DNA of 64,000 nucleotides from a virus, in the IMG/VR virus record IMGVR_UViG_3300044496_000045; one strand, written 5' to 3'. The notes beneath the pieces are model-generated. The model saw only the letters and a program-made list of their open reading frames with translations. It was not told the DNA's origin and made no database searches. Positions 1 to 10,600 of the stretch are shown in pieces. A program made the translations under genes and the position numbers. Every line of letters starts with the position of its first letter. Within the stretch, counting starts at the first letter, position 1.

Positions 1-2
1 TG

Positions 3-407
3 AACCTGCCCTGGGTGAATGCCGACGTGCTCGCGCACGCCTCGATTCAGCATGACCTGACGGGGTTCATCGAGAGTCTGGCGCGACGACGGGTAGTGCT
101 CATTGGCCCGCCGCATCTGCAGGCGTTGACCGTGTTTCCGCTCGCCGATCACATCCCCGTGCCGCCCCTGGATGCCTATACGGTCTATCCGGCGCTCTAC
201 GCGCACTGCGTCCGCGCCCTGCAGCGATACGACGAGGGGCCGGTGGTGCTGATTAGCGCAGGGCTGTCCGCGAACCTCCTCGTTCACGATCTCCACCGCG
301 TCTTCCCCACGCGTACGATCCTCGATTGCGGCTCGCTCTGGGATCCGTACGTCGGCAAGGTCACGCGGAAGTACCACAAACGACTGATCGCTCAGCTATG
401 CGCCTGA
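3..407 (+). CDS. GT-D-fold-like putative glycosyltransferase (5' truncated by window edge)
   Basis: Frame open to window start (NLPWVNADVLAH...); VVLIGPPHL, VVLISAGLSANLLVHDL, TILDCGSLWDPY resemble GT-D fold proteins; next to two other GT-like genes. Confidence 0.55.
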   Translation, partial: NLPWVNADVLAHASIQHDLTGFIESLARRRVVLIGPPHLQALTVFPLADHIPVPPLDAYTVYPALYAHCVRALQRYDEGPVVLISAGLSANLLVHDLHRVFPTRTILDCGSLWDPYVGKVTRKYHKRLIAQLCA

Positions 408-1144
408 CAGTCTTTACGTGTGTCATCGGCGCGACGGATCCGCTGCGGCGTCCGCGGATTCACAATCGCAGCGTCCGCTACGTCTGCTTCTCGGATGTCC
501 AGCAATCCGTGCCCCCGTACACCACCATCCTGATCCCCAAAGCCGACAACCACAAGCTCCAGTCGCGTGAGATCAAGATCCTCGCCAATCACCCGGCGCT
601 CGGGAACTGTGACGCGACGCTCTGGCACGATGCGGCGTTTCGGCTAGACTGCGATCCGCTGAAGGTCGCATCCTTCCTGCTCGACGACACGAACATGGTG
701 GCCCTCCGACATCCCCACCGCGATACGATCGAAGAGGAAGCCGAGGCGATCAACAAATGGGGCTGGATCCCCATGGAGACGATGCAGGCGCAGATTGCGT
801 CCTATCGTGCCGATGGCTTCAAGCAGCAACACATCACATCGACGGGCCTGTGCTTCCGTCGCCGCACGCCGGCACTCGATGCCTTCAATCTATTTTGGTG
901 GGCGCAAGTCCAGCAGTGGGGCTGGCGCGATCAAATGAGCGTCGACTACGCGCTCTGGAAGACCGGCGTGCGCCCACACTACATTCCAGGGCACTACCGT
1001 GACAACACCTACGCGAAGTGGTTCCAGGCGGATCCCGAGGGGCGGTCGCGGCAGCCGTTCTCGCGTCAACGGCAGTACCCCGAGCGCCCACGGCGCATGC
1101 TGCCAGTCAAGTCCATCGGCTACCGCAACGTGAGGCGCAGCTAA
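398..1144 (+). CDS. DUF616/TOD1-MUCI70-like putative glycosyltransferase
   Basis: VFTCVIGATD, YVCFSD, SREIKILANHP, LWHDA, HPHRDTIEEEA, RDQMSVDYALWKTG; start overlaps upstream stop. Confidence 0.7.
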   Translation: MRLTVFTCVIGATDPLRRPRIHNRSVRYVCFSDVQQSVPPYTTILIPKADNHKLQSREIKILANHPALGNCDATLWHDAAFRLDCDPLKVASFLLDDTNMVALRHPHRDTIEEEAEAINKWGWIPMETMQAQIASYRADGFKQQHITSTGLCFRRRTPALDAFNLFWWAQVQQWGWRDQMSVDYALWKTGVRPHYIPGHYRDNTYAKWFQADPEGRSRQPFSRQRQYPERPRRMLPVKSIGYRNVRRS

Positions 1145-1888
1145 ATGGTCACAGTGATTACCCCAACGTGCGATCGGCCGATGGGGCTGGCGCTGACGGA
1201 ACGATGGATGGCGCGACAGACGCGGCAGCCGGACGAGTGGATCATCGTCGATGGGGGCACGCAGCCGGCGACCTGTTTGACTCGCCGCGTGCAGCACATT
1301 CATCGCCCCGGTGGCGTTGGAGCTGACAACTTCGTCCGTAACCTGATCGCCGGGCTCGATGCCGCACACGGCGATCAGATCGTCTTCTGGGAAGACGACG
1401 ACTACTACGCGCCGACGCACCTGGAACAGACCCTCGCCCTGCTCGACGAACCGGGGATCTGCCTCGTCGGTGATCCGGTGCAGCGGTACTACAACGTGGG
1501 TGCTCGACGCTGGCGCACGTACAACAACAAAGGATCGTCTCTCTGCCAGACCGGCATGGCGCGCGAGGCCGTTCCGTGGTGCCGTGAGGTTCTGGCCGCG
1601 TGTCTCGCGACCAAGTCGTACGGCGTCGATGGTCGACTCTGGGTACCGGTGCTCTGTGGCACAATGCGTGGTACGCTGCGGCCGTTGCAGACGGTCGTCG
1701 GCATCAAGGGCGTGCCGGGGCAAGTGGGGCTCGGCGTGGGACATCGGACACCGATCGTCTCGAAATGGGCGGCGGATCCAGATTTGACAACCCTTCGCGC
1801 GTGGATCGGCGCCGACGCCGACGTGTACGCCCCGCATCGACAGGCACAGGAGGCCACCGCACATGGCGTATCTCGATCTCGTCGCTGA
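1145..1888 (+). CDS. GT2-family glycosyltransferase
   Basis: VTVITPTCDR, EWIIVDGG, VFWEDDDYY (DxD) typical of GT-A/GT2. Confidence 0.8.
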   Translation: MVTVITPTCDRPMGLALTERWMARQTRQPDEWIIVDGGTQPATCLTRRVQHIHRPGGVGADNFVRNLIAGLDAAHGDQIVFWEDDDYYAPTHLEQTLALLDEPGICLVGDPVQRYYNVGARRWRTYNNKGSSLCQTGMAREAVPWCREVLAACLATKSYGVDGRLWVPVLCGTMRGTLRPLQTVVGIKGVPGQVGLGVGHRTPIVSKWAADPDLTTLRAWIGADADVYAPHRQAQEATAHGVSRSRR

Positions 1889-2930
1889 GCTGGTCGGCAC
1901 GCTGCCGGGGCTGTCGCCATTGCTGGCGCAGAAGTACGTCAACCGCGCCTATGAAGAGATCCGTGATTCGCGCCTCTGGAGCTTCCTGATCGTCGAAGCC
2001 GCGGTGGTGTGCCCTGCTGTGGTCACGACAGGCACCGCCGCCGTCGTCCAGTACACCGACACTGTGACGCTCGATGCGGCGGCCTCCGCCGCGCTCCTCG
2101 CGCAAGCCTCGCCGACCGCCGTCCCCGGCCTCACCAACATGGCGATTCGGTTTGGCACCGTGCCCGCTGTGGGACAGGTGTACAGCATCAGCGAGGCCGA
2201 TGCGACCATTCCGGCGGCAATCGTGCTGACGCTCAGTCGGCTCGTTGTCGAGTCGACCGATCCGGCCGCCTCCATCCAGGTCTATCGCCCGTACATCGTG
2301 CCGCCGATCCCCGACTTCCTGAAGTGGGAGTCGCTGGTCGACATGACCAACGCATTCACGATCGCGGGTGATCGCCTGAACAAAACCTCCAAGTACTTCG
2401 ATATGCGTGATCCGCAGCGGCAGGCCCAGGGGTTGGCCTACTTCCTCGGCAACTTCCTCGGGAGCTACATTCCAGACGTGGCGACGGGCGTGGTCGTGCC
2501 GAACGACAACGTGCCCGCCGGCTCAAACACGTACGAGCTGTGGCCCCATCCCACGTCTGGCCAGACGTTCTGGGCGAAGTTCCGCCGGAGGGGGGTGAAT
2601 TTCACCGGGCCGGCCGACACCCAACCGATCGGCATTTCGGACAATCTAATCATCCTGCGCGCGCTGGCATGGCACGCCTACCCGTTTGCGCAGGCCAATC
2701 AGGCGAACTTCCCCACGTTCAAGGGCGTCAACTGGATGCAGTTGATTCTGGACGCCAAAGCGTCGTACCGTGACGAACTTCGCGACAGTAAGCGGAATGA
2801 CGAGGAAGCGGCGCCGCAGCAGGTATGGAATCGAGGGCACGGCCTGCGTGCGGGCGTCTTCGATTTCAAAGGGGTGAATGATTTCCCCGTCGACTCCAAC
2901 TATCTGCAGTCTCATTTGGTTCGGTTTTAG
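1863..2930 (+). CDS. Virion structural protein, head-tail adaptor-like
   Basis: 355 aa; N-terminus YLDLVAEL...QKYVNRAYEEIRDSRLWSFL resembles podovirus adaptor N-termini; position. Confidence 0.55.
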   Translation: MAYLDLVAELVGTLPGLSPLLAQKYVNRAYEEIRDSRLWSFLIVEAAVVCPAVVTTGTAAVVQYTDTVTLDAAASAALLAQASPTAVPGLTNMAIRFGTVPAVGQVYSISEADATIPAAIVLTLSRLVVESTDPAASIQVYRPYIVPPIPDFLKWESLVDMTNAFTIAGDRLNKTSKYFDMRDPQRQAQGLAYFLGNFLGSYIPDVATGVVVPNDNVPAGSNTYELWPHPTSGQTFWAKFRRRGVNFTGPADTQPIGISDNLIILRALAWHAYPFAQANQANFPTFKGVNWMQLILDAKASYRDELRDSKRNDEEAAPQQVWNRGHGLRAGVFDFKGVNDFPVDSNYLQSHLVRF

Positions 2931-2942
2931 GAGGAGTACAGC

Positions 2943-3209
2943 ATGGCCAAAACACGAAGCGCGGCGCCCGGCACCTATACCAGCAACGGCGTCCGCTGCA
3001 CGATGGATCCCCCGTTCAAGAGCGGCATGAACAAGGGATCACAGACCAACATGACTGGGGCCTTCGACAAGCCCCGTTCGGGTGGGGACAACGGCCTCCC
3101 GACGCGCGTGACCGATCGGACCGGTGGCGCCAAGGCGGCTCCGAAGGTGTCCAGTCGCGACTCGCTTGGGCATGTGCTGACCGAAGGATCGTCGAAGCAG
3201 CGCCGATAA
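2943..3209 (+). CDS. Small basic Gly/Lys-rich hypothetical protein (88 aa)
   Basis: GAGGAG RBS, ATG, fills the gap between structural genes. Confidence 0.75.
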   Translation: MAKTRSAAPGTYTSNGVRCTMDPPFKSGMNKGSQTNMTGAFDKPRSGGDNGLPTRVTDRTGGAKAAPKVSSRDSLGHVLTEGSSKQRR

Positions 3210-3236
3210 CAATCCCATAACTACCGGATTGTTATC
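3205..3236. promoter_or_regulatory. Perfect 11-bp AT-rich inverted repeat immediately before a TTG start
   Basis: GATAACAATCC (3205-3215), 10-nt loop, GGATTGTTATC (3226-3236). Confidence 0.55.
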
Positions 3237-3238
3237 CG

Positions 3239-4576
3239 TTGCCGTTCACGCTCCCGACGCTGGCGCAGGCGCAGACGGCGCTGGCCGCTCGCCTGAACGA
3301 TCCAGGGTTTATCCACTGGACTGCAGCGGAGCTGACTGTCTACATCCGTGAGGCGCTGCGGTGGTGGAATGCGGCCACCGCGCACTGGCGCGATCAGGAC
3401 GACTTCAACACAGCGGCGTTGACATCGTTCTACGATCTCGGGACCGTCATCGCGCCGCTGCGTGCCCGCACCGTCACCAACTGGGATCTCGTCACCGATC
3501 TGCAATATGCGCTGTGGGAGCCGCCAGCAGCCGGCGGCACCTGGACCGGCACCGATCAGTTCAATCTGGCGGTGCTGTCCACCGCCATTCAGCGCCGTCG
3601 TGATCAATTCCTCCGCGACACCGGCGCGATCCTGACCAACACGGTGACGGCATACTCACCCGCCCCTGCAAACGGCCGCATTGATCTCGACGAAGCCGTG
3701 CTGGTCGTGCGGCGCGGAGCGTGGGAACCGGTCGCCACGGGCTCGACCCTCCAGCCGCTGATGCGTACAGACGAATGGGCCGGGACGCACTTCGCGCCGG
3801 CATGGCCACAGTCGACGCAGTTACCGTTCTGTTACAGCACGTCGGTGGTGCCGCCGATTACCCTGCAGTTGATCCCGCCACCGGGCGCCGATGGCGATCT
3901 CGATCTCGTCTCCATCAACAAAGGGGCGGTGGTCGATCCGCTGGTGGCGCTCTCGCTCGGGATCCCGAATGACTTCGCCTGGGTGATCAAGTTCGGCGCG
4001 CTCGCCGATCTCCTCCAAGGTGATGGCCTCGCGCTCGATCCTGCCCGCGCCGCCTACTGCGAGGCTCGGTGGCAGGAAGGCATTGAGCTGTGCAAACGCG
4101 CGCCGGTGGTGCTCGCGGCGCGGATCGACGGTGTGACGTGTCGTGTCGGGAGTCTGGCGGACGCCGATAGCTATACGACCACGTGGCAAGTCATCCCTGG
4201 TGAGCCGCGCGAGCTGTTGCTGGCAGGCCAGAACCTCCTCGCGACGACGCCACGAGCCGATGCTGCGGGACCATATGTCATTCAGCTCGACGTGGTGCGC
4301 AACGCGCCGGTGCCCACGGTCGTCGGGGACATCTTGCAAGTCGGGCAGGACTTCTACGATTCAATTCTCGACTACGCGCAGCATCTGGCGCTGTTCAAGG
4401 AAGGTCCGGGACAGGTCGAAACCGCGACCGGGCTGATCCAACGTGCGGCCCAATCAGCCGGCGTCGCGCTGCGGATTCAGCAGGCGTCCCAGCCCTCGCG
4501 CCGGCCGCTGCTGCGACAGGATCAGCAGGACGCACAGGCGGTCGCGCGCGAGCTGCCGCCGGTGCCGGTGGAGTAA
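3239..4576 (+). CDS. Virion structural protein, second adaptor-like protein
   Basis: 445 aa, TTG start; ALAARLNDPGFIHWTAAELTVYIREAL resembles phage adaptor N-termini. Confidence 0.55.
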   Translation: MPFTLPTLAQAQTALAARLNDPGFIHWTAAELTVYIREALRWWNAATAHWRDQDDFNTAALTSFYDLGTVIAPLRARTVTNWDLVTDLQYALWEPPAAGGTWTGTDQFNLAVLSTAIQRRRDQFLRDTGAILTNTVTAYSPAPANGRIDLDEAVLVVRRGAWEPVATGSTLQPLMRTDEWAGTHFAPAWPQSTQLPFCYSTSVVPPITLQLIPPPGADGDLDLVSINKGAVVDPLVALSLGIPNDFAWVIKFGALADLLQGDGLALDPARAAYCEARWQEGIELCKRAPVVLAARIDGVTCRVGSLADADSYTTTWQVIPGEPRELLLAGQNLLATTPRADAAGPYVIQLDVVRNAPVPTVVGDILQVGQDFYDSILDYAQHLALFKEGPGQVETATGLIQRAAQSAGVALRIQQASQPSRRPLLRQDQQDAQAVARELPPVPVE

Positions 4577-4755
4577 TGACGTACAGCGAATGGTGCAAGG
4601 CGCACGGCTGTGATCACGCGCACTGCCCGCACGACTGCGAGCATCCGCAGCCGTTCTGTTTGGACGATGGCCGGCTGGTGTGCGGTGCGTGCTGGTTCAT
4701 TGGCTGCCGTGAGCTGGTCGATATGATCCCCTGCACGCCGGAGCACTGCGGATAG
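4576..4755 (+). CDS. Cys/His-rich 59-aa peptide
   Basis: MTYSEWCKAHGCDHAHCPHDCEHPQPFCLDDGRLVCGACWFIGC...; TAATG overlap upstream; stop abuts next ATG; below the ORF track cutoff. Confidence 0.65.
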   Translation: MTYSEWCKAHGCDHAHCPHDCEHPQPFCLDDGRLVCGACWFIGCRELVDMIPCTPEHCG

Positions 4756-7617
4756 ATGGCCAACTACACCCGGTCCCCGCAACGATTCTTCTACCGCGGC
4801 ATTGCGCTGCTGCCGGCGGACGCCCTGCCGCAAGGCAAAGTCGCCTTCGGCCAGAACATCCGCTCGTACCAAGAGGGCGTGATCATGCCTCGCTGGGGCA
4901 CCCAGCGGCAGACGGCGCTGGCGCTCGGGGCGCCGGATCCCGTCCATTCTCTCTTCCGGTTGAATGACACGAGCGCGTATGCGGATGTTGGGCTGCCGGC
5001 ACGACGCTTCGCGGGCGTCGATGACACGTTGTACACAGGACTCGTCACGCCGAGCGCCTGGACGCCAGGGATCACGGGATTCTCCGGCTCGCCGATGACA
5101 GGGGTCGTAGCAACACCGGTGAACTCGCCCCGCCCCTTCCTCTACGTCGCCGACACGCTGCTGCAGCGGAAGGTCAATAGCAGTCTCGACATCTTCCCGT
5201 TCGGGATTGAAACGCCGATCCTGCCGCCGGTCGCGGTACTCGACGAGATCCAGACGACCTTTCTTGAAAGTATCGACGCGGCGACCTGGGCGGATTACGG
5301 ATCCTCAACCGGCTATGCCGTCGTCTCGCGGATCAACACGCTCGTCAACGAGATCATCTACGACGTGGGTACGACGGGCATGGCCAGCGTCAATCTGGAT
5401 GACATGCGCGGCATCGTGCCGGGGACGACGGTGGAGATTGGGGCATCGCCGGTCACGGTGATCGTCCAGGAAGTCATCCCACCGGTGTCGTCCACCACGA
5501 TCGGTCGGATCCTGTACGACAGCGGCGCGTCTGGGCTCTGCACGATCCAACCCGATGGCAGCTTCACGGCGGGGCAGATTGAAGCGCCGTTGCCCGACGA
5601 GCTGCGCCGCCGGTACGAAGATCTCGGATTGCCCGTGCCTCCGCGGGTAACGGTGTCCCGCACGGTCGACTTCCCGGTCAACGGCCTCGTCATCCTCAAT
5701 AGCAGCGAGACGGTACGGATCCTGTCCATCGCGATCGGGCCGGATGGCACGATGTCGTTCCGCTGCGAGACTGCCGGCACCTTCGGCAGCGGCGACACGA
5801 TCGATGGGCTGTCGTGCTTCCGCGCGTACTTCCCGGTCACGCGCAATGCGGGCGATCCTGCGACCGCCTCCGCGGCGCAGAACAGCATCACCGCCGGCTC
5901 GGCGACCGTCCCCGTCGTGGGCGGCATTCAAGGGCCGATGTCGGCCTTCATTCGCAACTGGGGGTTGGTCGGCATCGAAGCCAGCAAACCGGATGACATC
6001 ATTCGCCTCGGTGTGAAGGTCAGTGCCTTTTTCTATCTGGAGTCGGTGCGGCTGCTGCTCAACGTGAACGATGACACGACCGGTGGCTCCGACTTCATGC
6101 AGAACTACTACATGTACGAGTGGCGCAAGAGCGATTTGGCCACCGCGATCCAGGCGACGCTCGGGGCGGCGACTGGGCTCATGGCCGATGCGCAGGCGGG
6201 CGCGGTTGATCAAGGGCAAGTCGACGCGGCGTACAGCGAGCAGTACGGACAGGATCCGTCGATCACGCGCGAAGGCTTTGCCCCGCCCGGTGCGCCCGGC
6301 GGCGTGTTCGATGTCACGCAAGGGCCGGGCGGCCGACCGATCGTTATTCGCCGCCGCACCGTGGTCCGCACCGATGGCTTTGTGTCAGCCGGTGCGACTT
6401 CCTCTCGGCAGTTGTCGCTGGGCGACGACCAATGGGTCATGCTGCAGTGTCGCGTGCGCGATCTCACCCGCATCGGCACCGATGCTACGCGCACCCTGTC
6501 ACACATCAACGCCGGAGCCTTCACCGTTCAGTTCCTGGGGACTACGTCGCCGATCACCTGCGAGTTCAGTGATTGTTATCTGACCGGTGGGTACGGGCCG
6601 GATGTCGGTGCGACGTTGCCGCCATATGTGTACCGGTACCGGGGGCGCTCGACGATCACGGGCGAGCGCGGTAATCCTTCGCCACCGATGCGCGCGGGCG
6701 TGCTCCCGCACCGCGGGCGCGTCATCCTGACCCCCGGTGACAACATCGTGGCCGCGCAGTGCGACGTGATCGATTGGTTCCGGTACGGTGGGGCGCTGGC
6801 GCGGTGGCAATACGTCGGCACGTCCGAGAACGATGATTCGCCACTCGTCGAGTTCCTGGATCCGATGGCGGACGCCGAGATCGATGGCGGCGAAGTGCTG
6901 CGAACGGATCTCTATCAGCCGTGGCCCAGTTTTGATCTGCCCCGGAACGGGATCGCCGAGCTGGCGGGTACGGCGCTGCTGCGCGTCTCGGGTGATCTCT
7001 TCGATGTGGACTGGGCGGCCGACTCTGCGATCATCGTCAACGGCCGTGCCACGTCGCTCTATCGATCGCCCGTCTCCACATCGCGCTTGGAAGTCGTCGA
7101 GAGCTGTGGTGAGGGCGCGCTGATCGAGTGGTCGATGCCGTCGCCGACGCTGCTGGCGCAGGCCCTGCCCGCCATCTGGGGCGGCCCGGTCAACAATGTC
7201 TACTTCACGTTCGCCTGTGGTGATCCGGCCGATCCAGGACTGCTGCACTGGACGCACGGCAACGATCCCGATGCGACATCGCCGGAGAACACCCTGGTCG
7301 TGACCACGCCCAGTGAGCCGCTGCAGAACGGCTTTTTCTTCGATGGCCAGCCCTACGTGTTTTCCACCGAGAAGCTGTACCGCATCGTGCCGACCTTCGG
7401 CGATGTGTCGGCGTTCCGCGCGATCGAAACGGCCTGCACCAAGGGCCTGTGGGGGCGTTGGGCGTTCTGCATCGCGCCCGAGGGGATCTATTTCCTGACG
7501 AAAGATGGGATCTGCCTGACCGCCGCCGGTGGTGAGGCGATCAATGTCACTGCGGAAGATCTCGCGATCATGTTCCCGCAGGACGGTGGCGATGCGTTTG
7601 TCGGGCCGGGCGCCTAG
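4756..7617 (+). CDS. Tail nozzle/stabilisation-like protein, N-terminal part (953 aa)
   Basis: C-terminal third has beta-propeller-like blades (LLHWTHGNDPD, YVFSTEKLYRI, GIYFLTKDGICL) as in P22 gp10/T7 gp12-like proteins; position. Confidence 0.6.
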   Translation: MANYTRSPQRFFYRGIALLPADALPQGKVAFGQNIRSYQEGVIMPRWGTQRQTALALGAPDPVHSLFRLNDTSAYADVGLPARRFAGVDDTLYTGLVTPSAWTPGITGFSGSPMTGVVATPVNSPRPFLYVADTLLQRKVNSSLDIFPFGIETPILPPVAVLDEIQTTFLESIDAATWADYGSSTGYAVVSRINTLVNEIIYDVGTTGMASVNLDDMRGIVPGTTVEIGASPVTVIVQEVIPPVSSTTIGRILYDSGASGLCTIQPDGSFTAGQIEAPLPDELRRRYEDLGLPVPPRVTVSRTVDFPVNGLVILNSSETVRILSIAIGPDGTMSFRCETAGTFGSGDTIDGLSCFRAYFPVTRNAGDPATASAAQNSITAGSATVPVVGGIQGPMSAFIRNWGLVGIEASKPDDIIRLGVKVSAFFYLESVRLLLNVNDDTTGGSDFMQNYYMYEWRKSDLATAIQATLGAATGLMADAQAGAVDQGQVDAAYSEQYGQDPSITREGFAPPGAPGGVFDVTQGPGGRPIVIRRRTVVRTDGFVSAGATSSRQLSLGDDQWVMLQCRVRDLTRIGTDATRTLSHINAGAFTVQFLGTTSPITCEFSDCYLTGGYGPDVGATLPPYVYRYRGRSTITGERGNPSPPMRAGVLPHRGRVILTPGDNIVAAQCDVIDWFRYGGALARWQYVGTSENDDSPLVEFLDPMADAEIDGGEVLRTDLYQPWPSFDLPRNGIAELAGTALLRVSGDLFDVDWAADSAIIVNGRATSLYRSPVSTSRLEVVESCGEGALIEWSMPSPTLLAQALPAIWGGPVNNVYFTFACGDPADPGLLHWTHGNDPDATSPENTLVVTTPSEPLQNGFFFDGQPYVFSTEKLYRIVPTFGDVSAFRAIETACTKGLWGRWAFCIAPEGIYFLTKDGICLTAAGGEAINVTAEDLAIMFPQDGGDAFVGPGA

Positions 7618-10600
7618 ATGGCCAAAACACAGATTCTCGAATACACGATCTGGTTGACCGACGAGGCGCTGGTCACTGCGTACAATGCACAGATGGCCGC
7701 CGGCAACGGGCCGGGGTTGCTGCTGTTCTACTACTCGCCCGCGCTCCAAGCGAACACCTTTGGCGTACTGCGGGCGCCGGAAACGGGCGCGGCGATCGAG
7801 TTCAGCGCGCCCTTCCAGCTCGACACCGAACCGTTTCTCGCGCCGTGTGTGCGATCGCCGTGGTTCACCGATGGCGCCAACTTCCCCACCAACGTCGCGA
7901 AGTTTACGCGCAAGTCCGGTGGGTGGTTCGGGTTGCCGATCCTGTTCGGTGAAACGACGGTGTTCTACTGGGCGGGGAAGTTCGCCTTCTCGCCGCCGTC
8001 TGTCGATTCGCCCGATCCGCCACCGGTCCCGCCTCCTGCCCTGATGGCGCGACGCTGGATCGAGGGCTTCGAGCTACCACGGACGGCGGGACAGCTTGCA
8101 GGCGGCGGTGGCGAGGGCGGCGCCGACGCCTCGCCGAATATCACCCGTGACTCGTCGCGCTCGGCCGATGGCTTTGGGTGTGCCGTGCGCAGTACGACGC
8201 TCGCCACGCGGCACTACGTCATGGAGTACCGCGGCGGTGGAACATCTGATCAACCGTGGTCCTGGGAACGGTTCTACTTTCGTCCGCGGCGCTATGGGGC
8301 CGCAGAAGTCGAAATCTGGGCGTGCGAGAGCCAATCGTCGAATGGCGGCGCACAGGATATGGGCTTCCGGCTGCGGATGGCGCCGAACGGCGGCCTGTTG
8401 GTGTACAGCTTCTCCGGGGTCGCGACGTTGCGGGCGACGGGGCCAGTCATGGCCATCGACACGTGGATCAAGATCGATCTCGTCATTGGGTACAACACCG
8501 AAGTCAACGCGCCACCGACTGCGCCGCCACTCTCGAACTTCGGATCGCTCCGCGTGTACATCAACGGCGTGCAGGTCATGGACGTGCCCCATGTCCTGTT
8601 GAATCCCTTGGCCAACTTCAGCCAACGGCATTACCGCAGCCAAATTGGTCCGCTCGCCGCCAACACAGCGGAGATGGACTACGACGACTGGATCAACGTC
8701 GACTGCCCGACTGCCGAGCCCGATCCCGGCTTTGATCTCCGCACGGCGGATTACGATCTCCTCGAAACACAAACCGACTTCATCGCGGGCACGCATTGCC
8801 AGCTCCTCCAGCCCTCGGACGTTGTCTCGCAAGTCAACTGGGTCGGCGCGTGGCAGCTCGCCCTCCAGCGGCCGATCGAAAATACCGGGACCGTGAATCG
8901 GCTGACGAGTTCGACGTCTGGCGCATCATTGAACCTGACCGCGGATGTCTCTCCGGCGCAACAGCGTGGGGGTGTCGTCGGCATCGGTGCCGTCGTCATG
9001 GGGTGGTACGGGCAGCGCGGCGTGGGAGCGGCCGGTAACGACACGCTCGAAATGGAGCTGGTGTTTGGGGCGGATCCACCAATCACATCATCGCGCAGTG
9101 TCGTTCCACCAGCCGCCAATACCCTCGAATGGCGATCCGTGCTCTACGACGCCGACGCCGTGGATCCGGCGCCTGTGCTCACGGCACTGGAACTGCGGTT
9201 CCTCCATGGGGCGGATGTACTGCAGCGCACGGTCAGTTCGTTACAGGCGGTGGCCGAACAAATTGGGGTGTTCGGGCCTGAAGATACGGCCGCGGCTGAC
9301 TACCCACCGCAGCCGCCGATCTCACCGCACAATTCGGCGTATCCGTTCACGCCATGGGCCACCGGCGGAGCGCCACTGTTCGGCGCGGTGGCGGCGATCA
9401 CCGGCTCCTATCTGAGCGATGGGTTGCCGCTCGATCTGGAGTTCCCCCTGCCGGTGCAGATGTTGTGGATCCGCCGCACGTCGGGGACGGCGGCGCAGAT
9501 GCGGGGCGCGCAGTGGTGGACGTCGCTGCTCACGTCGCACTTCCTCCAGGAACAGCCCATCATCCCCTACGCCGTGCCTATGGCGCTGCGCGATCCAAAC
9601 TTCCCGCCTCCGGTGGCGGAAGACGATCAGGAAATGCAGTTCCTGGTCCGGATTGCCACCAACGATGAACACATCAATGCCGCGGGCGCGACCTACGCCT
9701 ATCTGGCCATCTGCGATCCGGCGGCGCGCTTCGTTCAGTGTGGGGCGTCTGCGCACACCGCACCATTCCCGATCACCGAGCCGCTACCGAATCCGAACTT
9801 TACGCCGGATGCGGGGTTCTTTTTCTCCGAGGATCGTGGGGCGAACGCGCTCATTAGTGCGGCCTACAAGGGGCCGGATCACGCCGCCAATGAAGCGTCC
9901 CTGCTTAGCGGTGGGGCACTCCTCACCAATTATGTGAACTTCGGTGCTGGCGAACTGGACGAGCGGACGAATTTCTTCCCGGTCAACACGGAGCAAACCT
10001 CCTACGTTCTCTTCCGCCACAGTGACGGGAACGTCGGCACCGGATCTGAGGCGACGCTGTTTCAGACCGCGGTGTATGTCGGGGATGGCGTCAACCCTCG
10101 AACGATCGATCTGGATCCGCTGTTTGGTGTGCGGCCGATGTGGGGTATCGGGATCGGGCCAGCCGCCAACGGCGGACGGCAGCGCGATCCGAGTCACACC
10201 GGGACGACGAGCACGAACATGGGCACGGGCGAGATCGTGGCGGCCAACGGCATCCGCGGGGGTGGCATCGATCAGATCATTGTCGGTTCGGATCTGAATG
10301 CGAACGGTGTCACCTACTACGTCTTCGTCATCCCTGGGTGTGGCGGTGAGGGCGAAGGCGGCTGGGGGGTTGAAAGCACCTGCTATGTCGTCGAGCCGGA
10401 CTCGGCCTTCGATCCGGGATGGATCGAGCCCGAGGAAATCGACCCCGGTGGCGGCGACGATGTACCGGCCATCCCGCCGATTGACTTCAGCAATCCCGAG
10501 CGGTTGCGGCTGACCTACATCGATCGGATGGTGTACTTCGACTACGCCGACACCGAGGGCGATGGCCACACGTTGCTGTTCGAGCCGCTGTACAAGCGGT

